From: Comamonadaceae bacterium
Lineage (GTDB): Bacteria; Pseudomonadota; Gammaproteobacteria; Burkholderiales; Burkholderiaceae_C
NCBI GenBank assembly: GCA_013823485.1
Contig: PNMF01000001.1
Coordinates: 26,693 to 90,692 of the forward strand
Direction of reading: 5' to 3'
Length of the DNA: 64,000 bases
Of this stretch, positions 18,384 to 27,671 are shown piece by piece (position 1 is the stretch's first letter; each line of letters begins with the position of its first letter). The notes beneath the pieces were generated by a model. It had not been told where the DNA came from, searched no databases, and worked only from the letters and a program-made list of their open reading frames with translations. Position numbers and translations under genes: made by a program.

Positions 18384-19976
18384 TCAAGGAATGGGCAACG
18401 CCGTGGCCTGGGTCTGCGGCGCCGGGGCGCTGCGGGGTCGGCCCAGCCGCTCGGGCGACACATATTCCTGGCGGTAGATCTCGAACGGCATGGTGTCGGC
18501 CGTCTCGATGGCGCGCTGGTCGTGCACCGACTGCTCGGCCATGGCTTCAAAGCGGGCCTGCTGCTTCGCGCTCCACGGCAGGGCCAGCAGCTGGCGGTGG
18601 ATCTCGGCCGACTGGGCCTTGATGAACCCGATGAAGGAATCGCCGTGCTCCTGCGCCATGGCGCGCAGCACACGGGCCGACGGCAGCGTGTCCGGTGCGT
18701 GCAAGGATGCCCGGGCCTGCGACACCGCCAGCACATGGTCGTGGCCGCCGTGCAGCGCGTCCAGCCGTTCGGCCAGCGGCACCAGCTGATCGATGATTTC
18801 GGTGCCCCAGTCCACCAGGGCGACCGGCTGGCCACCGCGCACCAGCTGCAGGCCGGGCTCGCGGCCGCGGGCGGCCGTCAGGTGCTGGTTCTGGGCCAGT
18901 TCGCGGATCTCGGCCGGCGTGTCGGGCGGGCTGTCGGAGAGCAGGCAGTGCAGCAGGAAGACGTCGATGAAGCGCAGCGTGCTGGCCGAGATGCCGATGG
19001 GCTCGAAGGGGTTGAGGTCGAGCAGGCGCACCTCGATGTATTCCACCCCGCGTTCGCGCAGCGCATGCAGCGGGCGTTCGCCGGGGAAGATGACGCGCTT
19101 GGGCCGGATGGTGCCGTAGAACTCGTTCTCGATCTGCAGCAGCGTGGTGGCGAGCTGGTTGTAGTCGCCCCCGGGGTTGCGGATGCCCAGCGCTTCGTAG
19201 GCGGGCCAGGGTCGGGTGAGCGCGTCGTGCAGGGAAGCGGCGTAGCCTTCCAGGCCGTTGTAGCTGACCGCCAGCGTGGCCTGGGCCTCACTCTGGTAGC
19301 CCAGCCGTCCCATGCGCAGCGAGGTGCCGTGGGGCATGTGCAGGCAGCCACCGTCGCCCAGCGGCTGCAGCTCGTGCTGGCGCCCCTCGACGAAGCTGGA
19401 GCACACCGCCGGCGAGGCCCCGAACAGGGACAGCAGCAGGAAGGCATGGCGGCGGAAATTGCGGATCAGCGCGAAGTAACCGTCGTTGTCGACACCGGGC
19501 AGCGACCAGTTGTAGTGGATGCCCGAGATGGTCTGCATGCGCCGGCCATAGCGGTGGCCCAGCCCCATGCGGTAGACGCTTTTGGCGCGGCCGACATTGC
19601 TGCCGCCGTAGCGGCCCAGCGGAATGGTCTCGTCGGTGGGCAGGCCGCAGGGCATGCTGGAAGCCCACAACATTTCCTGACCCGCCGCACCGCCCTGGCT
19701 GCGCAGGGTGCGCACGGTGTACTGGTGGATCTCGGTCAGCTCGGCCAGGGTGGAGGCCACGCTGGCGTGCACGCCGGTGATGAGTTCGAGCTGCGACTCG
19801 CTGTAGTCGGTGGTGATGTGCGGGTGGGTCAGCGCACTGCCCAGGGCCACCGGGTGCGGGGTGAGGGCCAGTTTGCCGTCCGGCTGGGAGCGCAGGCTTT
19901 CTTTCTCGAGGCCGCGGCGCATGCCCTGCAGGCGCTCGGTGCCCAGGGCGTCCAGACGGGAAGGCAGGGAAGTCAT
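18384..19976 (-). CDS. gshA: glutamate--cysteine ligase
   Basis: RGLEKESLR, ITTDYSESQLELIT, MQTISGIHYN, SLRMGRLGY, LQIENEFYGTIRPK, GVEYIEVR. Confidence 0.96.
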   Translation of the reverse strand: MTSLPSRLDALGTERLQGMRRGLEKESLRSQPDGKLALTPHPVALGSALTHPHITTDYSESQLELITGVHASVASTLAELTEIHQYTVRTLRSQGGAAGQEMLWASSMPCGLPTDETIPLGRYGGSNVGRAKSVYRMGLGHRYGRRMQTISGIHYNWSLPGVDNDGYFALIRNFRRHAFLLLSLFGASPAVCSSFVEGRQHELQPLGDGGCLHMPHGTSLRMGRLGYQSEAQATLAVSYNGLEGYAASLHDALTRPWPAYEALGIRNPGGDYNQLATTLLQIENEFYGTIRPKRVIFPGERPLHALRERGVEYIEVRLLDLNPFEPIGISASTLRFIDVFLLHCLLSDSPPDTPAEIRELAQNQHLTAARGREPGLQLVRGGQPVALVDWGTEIIDQLVPLAERLDALHGGHDHVLAVSQARASLHAPDTLPSARVLRAMAQEHGDSFIGFIKAQSAEIHRQLLALPWSAKQQARFEAMAEQSVHDQRAIETADTMPFEIYRQEYVSPERLGRPRSAPAPQTQATALPIP

Positions 19977-20971
19977 ACGGGGTCGGGTGTCGGCATCAGG
20001 GGCGCAGAAGTTAACACGGTTGCCGCATTTCTGCAGGCGGCGCGCCGGTCCAGCCAGGCCTCGATGAAAGCCGGTTCATTGGACAGCCGCAGCTCGTCAA
20101 ACGCCTGTTGCGCACCGGGGTGCCGGCGGCGCAGGTAGTTGAGCCACTGCTTGAGGCGCCCGGCGCGGTGGCGCCGTTCCACACGCGCGCTGACCTGCTC
20201 CCAGAAGGGCAGCAGCAGCGGCTCGATCTCGTCCCATTCCGCGCCCGGGCCGCCGGCCAGTTCGCGCGCCAGCCCCGGGTCGGCCACCAGCCCGCGGCCG
20301 ATCATGATGTGGTCGCAGCCCGAGACGGCCTGGCAGCGCCGGGCATCGGCCACGTTCCAGATCTCGCCGTTGGCGATCAGCACCGGGTGCTCGGCCGGCA
20401 GGCTTTCGCGCACCTGGGCAATGCGCTCCCACCAGGCCGGGGGGCGGTAGCCATCGGCCTTGGTGCGGGCATGGATGACCAGCTCGCTGGCGCCGGCCTC
20501 GGTGATGGCCAGGGCGTTGTCTTCGGCGCGGGCGTCGTCGTTGAAGCCCAGGCGCATCTTGGCCGACACCGGCACATGGGCCGGCACCGCACGCCGCACC
20601 GCGCGCACGATCTGGTGCACCAGCCAGGGTTCGTCCAGCAGGACGGCGCCGCCCCGGCTGTTGTTCACCGTCTTGGCCGGGCAGCCGAAATTCAGGTCGA
20701 TGCCGGGCGGCTCGAAGCTGGCCAGCCGCGCCGCGTTGTCGGCCATGCAGGCCGGGTCGGAACCCAGCAGCTGCGGTCGCACCGGCACGCCGGCCCGGGT
20801 GCGGCCACCCTGCAGCAGCTCGGGCACCACCCGGGTGAACGACCGCTCGGGCAGCAGCATGTTCGTGATGCGGATGAACTCGCTGGTGCAACGGTCCATG
20901 CCGCCCAGGCGCGTCAAGACGTCGCGCAGGGTGGCGTCGAGCAATCCTTCCATGGGGGCCAGCAGCAGCAT
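19973..20971 (-). CDS. dusC: tRNA-dihydrouridine synthase (DusC-like)
   Basis: LAPMEG, QLLGSD, DLNFGCPAKTV, KMRLG, HARTK, ANGEIW, MIGRG, GRLKQW. Confidence 0.88.
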   Translation of the reverse strand: MLLLAPMEGLLDATLRDVLTRLGGMDRCTSEFIRITNMLLPERSFTRVVPELLQGGRTRAGVPVRPQLLGSDPACMADNAARLASFEPPGIDLNFGCPAKTVNNSRGGAVLLDEPWLVHQIVRAVRRAVPAHVPVSAKMRLGFNDDARAEDNALAITEAGASELVIHARTKADGYRPPAWWERIAQVRESLPAEHPVLIANGEIWNVADARRCQAVSGCDHIMIGRGLVADPGLARELAGGPGAEWDEIEPLLLPFWEQVSARVERRHRAGRLKQWLNYLRRRHPGAQQAFDELRLSNEPAFIEAWLDRRAACRNAATVLTSAPLMPTPDPV

Positions 20972-21030
20972 GGGCGTGATTGTCCCTGCTGCGCGCCGGC
21001 CCTTCGCGGGCTGCGGTTTAGCATCGGCGG

Positions 21031-21525
21031 ATGTCCAGCACCCCGCACGAGCCCCGCCTGACCCATGCCCTGCGTGAGCTGCTGTGGAGCCGCCGCACCG
21101 CCGCGCTGGCCACGCGCGACGAGGCCGGCGCCCCCGCCGTCTCGCTGGTGCCGTTTGCGGTGTGTCCCGGGCTGGCCTGTGTGGTGATCCATGTCAGCGC
21201 GCTGGCACCGCACACCGCGCAACTGCAGGCCGAACCGCGCGCCGCGCTGCTGGTGGACCAGGGCGAGGTCGACGGCGAGCCGGTGCATGCGCTGCCCCGC
21301 GTCAGCCTGGCGGTGCGCGCCGAGACCGCGCAGGGCGAGGCACTGGCCACCGCCCGGGCCGCCTACCTGGAGCGCTTTCCCGAGGCCGCCGACATGACCG
21401 CCCTGCCCGACTTCCGCTTCGTGCTGCTGCACCCGATGCAGGCGCGGCAGATTGCCGGCTTCGGCGCGGCGCGGCGCATCGACGCGGACGATCTGCGCGC
21501 CGCGCTGGCCGCCGGCCGGCCATGA
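21031..21525 (+). CDS. pyridoxamine 5'-phosphate oxidase-like split-barrel protein (HugZ-like)
   Basis: AALAT...PAVSLVPFA, HVSALAPHT, LPRVSL, LPDFRF, AGFGAA. Confidence 0.8.
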   Translation: MSSTPHEPRLTHALRELLWSRRTAALATRDEAGAPAVSLVPFAVCPGLACVVIHVSALAPHTAQLQAEPRAALLVDQGEVDGEPVHALPRVSLAVRAETAQGEALATARAAYLERFPEAADMTALPDFRFVLLHPMQARQIAGFGAARRIDADDLRAALAAGRP

Positions 21526-22172
21526 CCCCCCTGTTCATCGACGAGCACCTGCTGGTGCTCGACAAGCCCGCCGGCCTTCTCGCCGTGCCCGGCCGTGGCC
21601 CGGACAAGCAGGACTGCCTGAGCAGCCGCGCCCAGGCCCTGTGGCCGGGCGCGCTGATCGTGCACCGGCTCGACATGGCCACCTCGGGCCTGCTGGTCAT
21701 GGCGCGCGGCCTGCCGGTGCAGCGCGCCCTCAGCCTGGCCTTCGAGCAGCGCCGGGTGCACAAACGGTACCAGGCGGTGGTGGCCGGCGCGCTCGCAGAG
21801 CCCGAAGGCTCGATCGACCTGCCGCTCATGATCGACTGGCTCAACCGGCCGCGCAGCATCGTGCACCAGCAGCACGGCAAGCCCAGCCTGACCCGCTGGC
21901 GGCGGCTGGCGGCAGCACCCTGGCAGCCCGATGCCCCGGCAGATCGCCCGGTCATCACCACGCGGCTGGAACTCGAACCCGTCACCGGCCGAACCCACCA
22001 GCTGCGGGTGCACCTGCAGGCCATCGGACACCCGATCGTGGGCGACCCGCTGTACGCCACCAGCGAACAGCAGGGCTGGTCCGGCCGCCTGCTGCTGCAC
22101 GCCTGCGAGCTGTCGCTGCCGCACCCGGCCAGCGGCCAGACCTTGAGCTTCCACAGCCCCTGTCCTTTCTGA
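21522..22172 (+). CDS. rluA: RluA-family pseudouridine synthase
   Basis: DKPAGLL, HRLDMATSG (catalytic Asp), TGRTHQLRVH, GHPIVGDPLY, LLLHA. Confidence 0.9.
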   Translation: MTPLFIDEHLLVLDKPAGLLAVPGRGPDKQDCLSSRAQALWPGALIVHRLDMATSGLLVMARGLPVQRALSLAFEQRRVHKRYQAVVAGALAEPEGSIDLPLMIDWLNRPRSIVHQQHGKPSLTRWRRLAAAPWQPDAPADRPVITTRLELEPVTGRTHQLRVHLQAIGHPIVGDPLYATSEQQGWSGRLLLHACELSLPHPASGQTLSFHSPCPF

Positions 22173-22196
22173 ACCCACTGCCCAGGACCCACCACC

Positions 22197-22964
22197 ATGC
22201 ACATCACCGTTCTCACCGGCGCCTCGCGGGGCCTGGGCCTCGCCATGGCGCAGCAGCTGCTCGCGCCCGACCGGCTGCTGCTCTGCCTGTCGCGCAGCAC
22301 CCACCCCGAACTGCAGGCCCAGGCCGACGCGCTGGGCGCGCCGCTGCTGCAATGGTCGGCCGATCTGGTCGATGGCGAAGCGGTGGCGGCGCGGCTGGCG
22401 CAGTGGCTCGATGAGCAGAACCAGGCCGAGGTGGGCAGCGCCACCCTCATCAACAACGCCGGTGTCATTCCGGCCGTGGCGCCGCTGGAGGCCGTGCCGC
22501 CCACCCAGGTGGCACACGCCCTGCGGGTCGGGCTGGAGGCGCCCCTGCTGCTGACCGGCGCCTTCCTGGGCGCCACCAGCCGTTGGGTCGAGCAGGGCTG
22601 GCGCGGCCCGCGCCGGGTGCTCAACATCTCGTCCGGGCTGGGCCGCCACCCCATGGCCTCGCAGGCGCCCTACTGCGCCGCCAAGGCCGGGCTGGACCAC
22701 TTCACCCGCTGCGCCGCGCTCGACCAGGCGCAGCAGCCCCACGGCGCGAAGCTGGTCTCGCTCGCGCCCGGCGTCATCGACACCGACATGCAGGTGCAGC
22801 TGCGCGGGGCCGAAACCTCCGCCTTCCCCGACCGCGAGCGGTTCGTGGAACTGCTGCGCAGCGGCGTGCTCACATCACCGCAACAGGCCGCCGCCCGCGT
22901 GCTGGCCTGGCTGGACCGCCCGGACTTCGGCCGCCAACCGGTGGCCGACGTGCGCGACGCCTGA
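22197..22964 (+). CDS. short-chain dehydrogenase/reductase (benzil/sepiapterin reductase-like)
   Basis: TGASRGLG, INNAG, YCAAK, APGVIDTDMQ. Confidence 0.9.
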   Translation: MHITVLTGASRGLGLAMAQQLLAPDRLLLCLSRSTHPELQAQADALGAPLLQWSADLVDGEAVAARLAQWLDEQNQAEVGSATLINNAGVIPAVAPLEAVPPTQVAHALRVGLEAPLLLTGAFLGATSRWVEQGWRGPRRVLNISSGLGRHPMASQAPYCAAKAGLDHFTRCAALDQAQQPHGAKLVSLAPGVIDTDMQVQLRGAETSAFPDRERFVELLRSGVLTSPQQAAARVLAWLDRPDFGRQPVADVRDA

Positions 22965-22983
22965 CCCCACCCAAGGACCCGCC

Positions 22984-23565
22984 ATGCAACGACGCGACTT
23001 TCTCGCCACCTCCGCCCTGGCCCTGACCCTGCCCGCCGCCGGGCAGGCCCAGACCGCCGACACCCCGGCCACCGGCTTCTGGGACCTGCTGCGCGCCGGT
23101 GGCTGCGTGGTGCTGATGCGCCACGCCGTCACCGTGGCGGGCGTGGGCGACCCGCCCGGCTTCCGGCTCGACGACTGCAGCAGCCAGCGCAACCTGAGCG
23201 ACGCCGGCCGCCAGCAGGCACGGGCCCTGGGCGAGGCCTTCCAGCGCGAACGGGTGCAGCTGGCCGAGGTGCGCAGCAGCGCCTGGTGCCGCTGCGTCGA
23301 CACCGCGCAGCTGGCCTTCGGGCGCCACACGGTGTGGGCACCGCTGAACTCCTTCTTCCAGGTCGGCGACCGCGCCGCGCAGACCCGGGCCGTGCTGCAG
23401 GGGGTGGCCGGCGTCAAGGCACCGGCCAACTGGATGCTGGTCACCCACCAGGTCAACATGACCGCACTCACCGGCGAATTTCCGGCCAGCGGCGAGGTGT
23501 TCGTCACCCGCTTCGACCCCCGCCAGCCGGAGCGGCTGCGGCTGCTGGCGCGACAGGCGTTCTGA
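22984..23565 (+). CDS. Tat-exported histidine phosphatase family protein
   Basis: MQRRDFL twin-arginine signal; LMRHA, QRNLS, SSAWCRCVDTA, LVTHQVN. Confidence 0.85.
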   Translation: MQRRDFLATSALALTLPAAGQAQTADTPATGFWDLLRAGGCVVLMRHAVTVAGVGDPPGFRLDDCSSQRNLSDAGRQQARALGEAFQRERVQLAEVRSSAWCRCVDTAQLAFGRHTVWAPLNSFFQVGDRAAQTRAVLQGVAGVKAPANWMLVTHQVNMTALTGEFPASGEVFVTRFDPRQPERLRLLARQAF

Positions 23566-23624
23566 ACCGGCGGGCTTACCATGGCGGGTATCCCTTTCAC
23601 CCACCCCCCAGCGGAGACCTTTCC

Positions 23625-24809
23625 ATGACCCGAGACATCGTTGTCGCCAGCGCCGTGCGCACCGCCATCGGCACCTTCGGCGGCAGCCTCAAGGACGTTC
23701 CCCCCACCCAGCTCGGTGCCCAGGTGGTGCGCGAGTCGCTGGCGCGTGCCGGCGTGGACGGCAAGGACGTCGGCCATGTGGTGTTCGGCCACGTGGTCAA
23801 CACCGAACCCAAGGACATGTACCTCTCGCGCGTGGCTGCCATCAACGGTGGCTGCGGCGAAGGCACGCCGGCCTTCAACGTCAACCGCCTGTGCGGCTCC
23901 GGCCTGCAGGCCATCGTGTCGGCCGCGCAGAGCATTGCCCTGGGCGATGCCGACATCGCCATCGGTGCCGGCGCCGAGAACATGAGCCGCGCCCCGTTCG
24001 CCAGCCTGAACACCCGCTGGGGCGCCCGCATGGGCGACGCCACCCTGGTCGACATGATGGTCGGCGCCCTGCACGACCCGTTCCATACCATCCACATGGG
24101 TGTGACGGCCGAGAACATCGCGGCCAAGTGGGGCATCAGCCGCGAAGACCAGGACCGCCTGGCCGTGGAAAGCCACAACCGCGCCCAGCGCGCCACCGAG
24201 GAAGGCCGCTTCAAGGGCCAGATCGTGCCGGTCATGCTCAAGAGCCGCAAAGGCGAGGTGGCCTATGAAACCGACGAACACTTCCGCCCGAACGCCACCC
24301 TGGAAGACCTGGGCAAGCTCAAGCCGGTGTTCCTGAAGGAGAACGGCACCGTCACCGCCGGCAACGCCTCCGGCATCAACGACGCGGCCGCGGCCGTGGT
24401 GCTGATGGAAGCCGGCGCCGCCAAGGCACGCGGCATCCAGCCGATGGCCCGCCTGGTGGCCTATGCCCATGCCGGCGTGGACCCCAAGTACATGGGCATC
24501 GGCCCGGTGCCGGCCACCAGGCTGGCGCTGCAGAAGGCCGGCCTGACGGTCAACGACCTGGACGTGATCGAGGCCAACGAGGCCTTTGCCGCCCAGGCCT
24601 GCGCCGTCACCCGCGACCTGGGTCTGGACCCGGCCAAGGTCAACCCCAACGGCTCGGGCATCTCGCTGGGCCACCCGATCGGCGCCACCGGTGCGCTGAT
24701 CACGGTCAAGGCCCTGCACGAGCTGCAGCGCGTCAATGGCCGCTACGCGCTGGTGACGATGTGCATCGGCGGCGGCCAGGGCATCGCCGCGATCTTCGAA
24801 CGCGTGTGA
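23625..24809 (+). CDS. bktB: beta-ketothiolase (acetyl-CoA acyltransferase, BktB-like)
   Basis: NRLCGSG, NEAFA, GHPIGATG, MCIGGGQG; the EPKDMYLSR segment is typical of BktB. Confidence 0.9.
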   Translation: MTRDIVVASAVRTAIGTFGGSLKDVPPTQLGAQVVRESLARAGVDGKDVGHVVFGHVVNTEPKDMYLSRVAAINGGCGEGTPAFNVNRLCGSGLQAIVSAAQSIALGDADIAIGAGAENMSRAPFASLNTRWGARMGDATLVDMMVGALHDPFHTIHMGVTAENIAAKWGISREDQDRLAVESHNRAQRATEEGRFKGQIVPVMLKSRKGEVAYETDEHFRPNATLEDLGKLKPVFLKENGTVTAGNASGINDAAAAVVLMEAGAAKARGIQPMARLVAYAHAGVDPKYMGIGPVPATRLALQKAGLTVNDLDVIEANEAFAAQACAVTRDLGLDPAKVNPNGSGISLGHPIGATGALITVKALHELQRVNGRYALVTMCIGGGQGIAAIFERV

Positions 24810-24811
24810 GC

Positions 24812-26170
24812 ATGCAACGCCGCTGGGCCGCACCGCTGGCCATGCTGGAGCACGGCCTGCTGCAGCGCGACGTGGCGGCGCGGGCCTTGCTGCTATCGGC
24901 CCTGGCGGGCGAGCACCTGCTGCTCATCGGCCCGCCCGGCACCGCCAAGAGCGAGCTGGCGCGGCGGCTGCAGCGGCTGCTGCCGGGCACCCGGTATTTC
25001 GAGCGCCTGCTCACCCGCTTCTCGGTGCCTGAGGAGCTGTTCGGCCCGCTCTCGCTGCAGGCCCTGGAAGCCGACCGTTACGAACGCCTGACCGAGGGCT
25101 ACCTGCCCGCCGCCGAGGTGGCTTTCCTGGACGAGGTGTTCAAGGCCAATTCGGCCATCCTCAACACCTTGCTGGGCCTGCTGCACGAACGCCTGTTCGA
25201 CAACGGCAGCCAGCGTGTGCCGGCCCCGCTGCTCACCCTGGTGGGCGCCACCAACGAACCGCCCCAGGACGACAGCCTGCTGGCCTTTCACGACCGCTTC
25301 CTGCTGCGCGTGCCGGTGCAGCCGGTGGACGACGCCCACTTCGATGCCCTGCTGACCACCGACGCCGCCGCCGCACCGCCGGCCAGCCTGTCGCTGGCCG
25401 ATCTGCACGCCGTGCGGGCAGCCGCTGCCACCGTGGCGCTGGGGGATGAAGCCCGCGCCCTGCTGCACACTGCCCGCGAACACGCCGCCCGGACCGCCCA
25501 GCCGGTGTCCGACCGCCGCTGGCGCCAGCTGGTGGCCCTGCTGCAGGTGCAGGCCGCCAGCCGGGGGGCGGTGGCGGTCGATGCCTGGGACCTCTGGCTG
25601 CTGCCCTTCGTGCTGGCCCACGAACCGGCCTCGGTGCCGGGCTGGACCGAGCTGTTCATGCAGCGGGTGGCGCAGGCCGGGCCCCTGCCCACCGACGGCC
25701 TGGCGCGTGCGGTGCAGGCCTTTGAACAGCAGCTCGACATCGAACGCCGCGCGCCGGCCGACGCCCAGGACGACAGCGCCGGCAAGCTCGCCCTGGCCAA
25801 GGCCATCGCCGGCCCCGAGGCCGGCCAGAACGAGCTGGTGCGCATCACCAGCGAGCGGGCGTACCGGCGCTACAGCCCGGTGCACATCGCAGCGCGCACC
25901 CGGCAGTGCGACGAACTGCTGGGCCAGCTCGAAGCCCTGCTGGCCCAGGTGCAGGCCACGGCCGACACGGTGCTGGCCGCCGCGGCCGCGCACGACTGGC
26001 TGCCGCCGTCGTGGCGCGCGCACATCGGGGCGGTGCACCAGGAGCGGCTGCAGCGGCTGCAGGCCCTGTGCGCTGCGCTGCGGACCCACCGCGACGGCTT
26101 CGCCTCGCTGCCGGTCGACCACCAGCTGCCACCGACCGAACCCGCCCCCGTGGCATGGACGGCGAACTGA
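24812..26170 (+). CDS. MoxR-family AAA+ ATPase, RavA-like
   Basis: GPPGTAKS, FERLLTRFSVPEELFGP, GYLP, FLDEVFKANSAILN, DRF and VSDRRW motifs as in RavA. Confidence 0.88.
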   Translation: MQRRWAAPLAMLEHGLLQRDVAARALLLSALAGEHLLLIGPPGTAKSELARRLQRLLPGTRYFERLLTRFSVPEELFGPLSLQALEADRYERLTEGYLPAAEVAFLDEVFKANSAILNTLLGLLHERLFDNGSQRVPAPLLTLVGATNEPPQDDSLLAFHDRFLLRVPVQPVDDAHFDALLTTDAAAAPPASLSLADLHAVRAAAATVALGDEARALLHTAREHAARTAQPVSDRRWRQLVALLQVQAASRGAVAVDAWDLWLLPFVLAHEPASVPGWTELFMQRVAQAGPLPTDGLARAVQAFEQQLDIERRAPADAQDDSAGKLALAKAIAGPEAGQNELVRITSERAYRRYSPVHIAARTRQCDELLGQLEALLAQVQATADTVLAAAAAHDWLPPSWRAHIGAVHQERLQRLQALCAALRTHRDGFASLPVDHQLPPTEPAPVAWTAN

Positions 26171-27630
26171 ACCCTGCCGACCGGCCCTGGCACCGGCTGG
26201 ATGCCCTGCCGCGCGAGCTGTGGCGGTGGGCGGTCGTGTGCAGCAGCGGCCAGCCCGAACAGCGGCTGCCCGACCTGGCCCGCTGGCGCCAGGCCCTGCT
26301 GGACGGTGCCCTGCCCCCGCACGACGCCGACCTCGGCGACCCCGATGCCAGCCGGGCCCTGCGCCCCCTGCTGGCCGAACTCGAACTCACCGCCCTCACC
26401 CAGGGCAGCGAACCGCTGTCGCTGCAGGTGCTGCAAAGCCTGCTGTGGCACCTGGACAGCCTGATCGACCGCGCCCCGGACACCCCCCGGGCCGAGGCGA
26501 TCGAACGCATGACCGCCGAATTCCGGGACAGCTGGGACCTGCAGCGCAAGGGCTGGGACGAGGTGCTGGCCCTGATGCAGTCGCTGGGCGATCTGGCCCG
26601 CCTGCGCTGGGACGAGCTGCAGGGCCAGCTCAGTCGGCGCGAATGGCAGGAAGCGCGGCGCATCGGCGAGGTGCTGCAGCGCCTGCCCCGGCTGACCGCC
26701 TTCATCGACGGCGTCGGCCGCCGGCGCACCGAAGCCCGCCTGCCGCCAGCACCCCAGCCCCGGCCGGACCCGCTGCCGCACACCGGCGCCGCGCGCCACC
26801 CGGCCGACGAGCAGGAACGGCGCCCCGAGCCGCAGTCGGTCGACGGGGTGCGCCGCGCGCGCGACCTGGCCCGCATGACCGGCACCGAGAGCCTGAACCT
26901 GACCCACCCGGCCCTGCGCCGGCTGTGGCGCGCCCGCTTTGCCGAAGCCCAGCTGCAGAGCTACGACGACCGCGCGCCCCACCCCAGGCAGCGCCCGCTG
27001 CCCCGCCCCGAACCGCAGGCCCGCCGGCCGCAGCCGGCGCCGGCCGGGCGCGGGCCGATGATCGTGTGCCTGGACACCTCGGGCTCCATGCGCGGCGCAC
27101 CCGAAAACGTGGCCAAGGCCTGCGTGCTGCAGGCCCTGCGCAGTGCCCACGCCGGGCAGCGCGGCTGCCGGCTGCTGGCCTTCGGCGGACGCGACGAATT
27201 GCTGGAGCGCGAACTGGCGCTCAGCGCCGACGGCCTGGAGCGCCTGCTGGACCTGATGGGTCAGAGCTTCGACGGCGGCACCGATGTGCAGACCCCGCTG
27301 GAGGTGGCCATCGACCGGGTGCAGGACACCGGCTGGGAAGACGCCGACATCCTCATCGTCAGCGACGGCGAATTCGGCGTCACCCACACCATGCTGGCCC
27401 GCCTGCGCGACGCCAAGGCCCGGCTCGGCCTGCGGGTGCATGGCATCCTCATCGGCGACCGCGAGACGGTGGGCCTGGCCGAGGTCTGCGACACCCTGCA
27501 CTGGGTGCGCGAATGGCGCCGCCACGCCACCGGCGGCACGGTGGTCGGTGACGACTTCTCGCCGGTGCACAGCGTCAGCCTGACCGCTCTGTATTTCCCC
27601 AACGCCATCCGGCGCACGCCTTCTGCGTGA
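26155..27630 (+). CDS. vWA-domain protein, ViaA-like
   Basis: GPMIVCLDTSGSM (MIDAS DxSxS), FDGGTD, ADILIVSDGEF; overlaps the ATPase gene. Confidence 0.85.
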   Translation: MDGELNPADRPWHRLDALPRELWRWAVVCSSGQPEQRLPDLARWRQALLDGALPPHDADLGDPDASRALRPLLAELELTALTQGSEPLSLQVLQSLLWHLDSLIDRAPDTPRAEAIERMTAEFRDSWDLQRKGWDEVLALMQSLGDLARLRWDELQGQLSRREWQEARRIGEVLQRLPRLTAFIDGVGRRRTEARLPPAPQPRPDPLPHTGAARHPADEQERRPEPQSVDGVRRARDLARMTGTESLNLTHPALRRLWRARFAEAQLQSYDDRAPHPRQRPLPRPEPQARRPQPAPAGRGPMIVCLDTSGSMRGAPENVAKACVLQALRSAHAGQRGCRLLAFGGRDELLERELALSADGLERLLDLMGQSFDGGTDVQTPLEVAIDRVQDTGWEDADILIVSDGEFGVTHTMLARLRDAKARLGLRVHGILIGDRETVGLAEVCDTLHWVREWRRHATGGTVVGDDFSPVHSVSLTALYFPNAIRRTPSA

Positions 27631-27671
27631 CACTTCACCCTTTTTCGCCACGACCCCAGGAGACTTCACCC

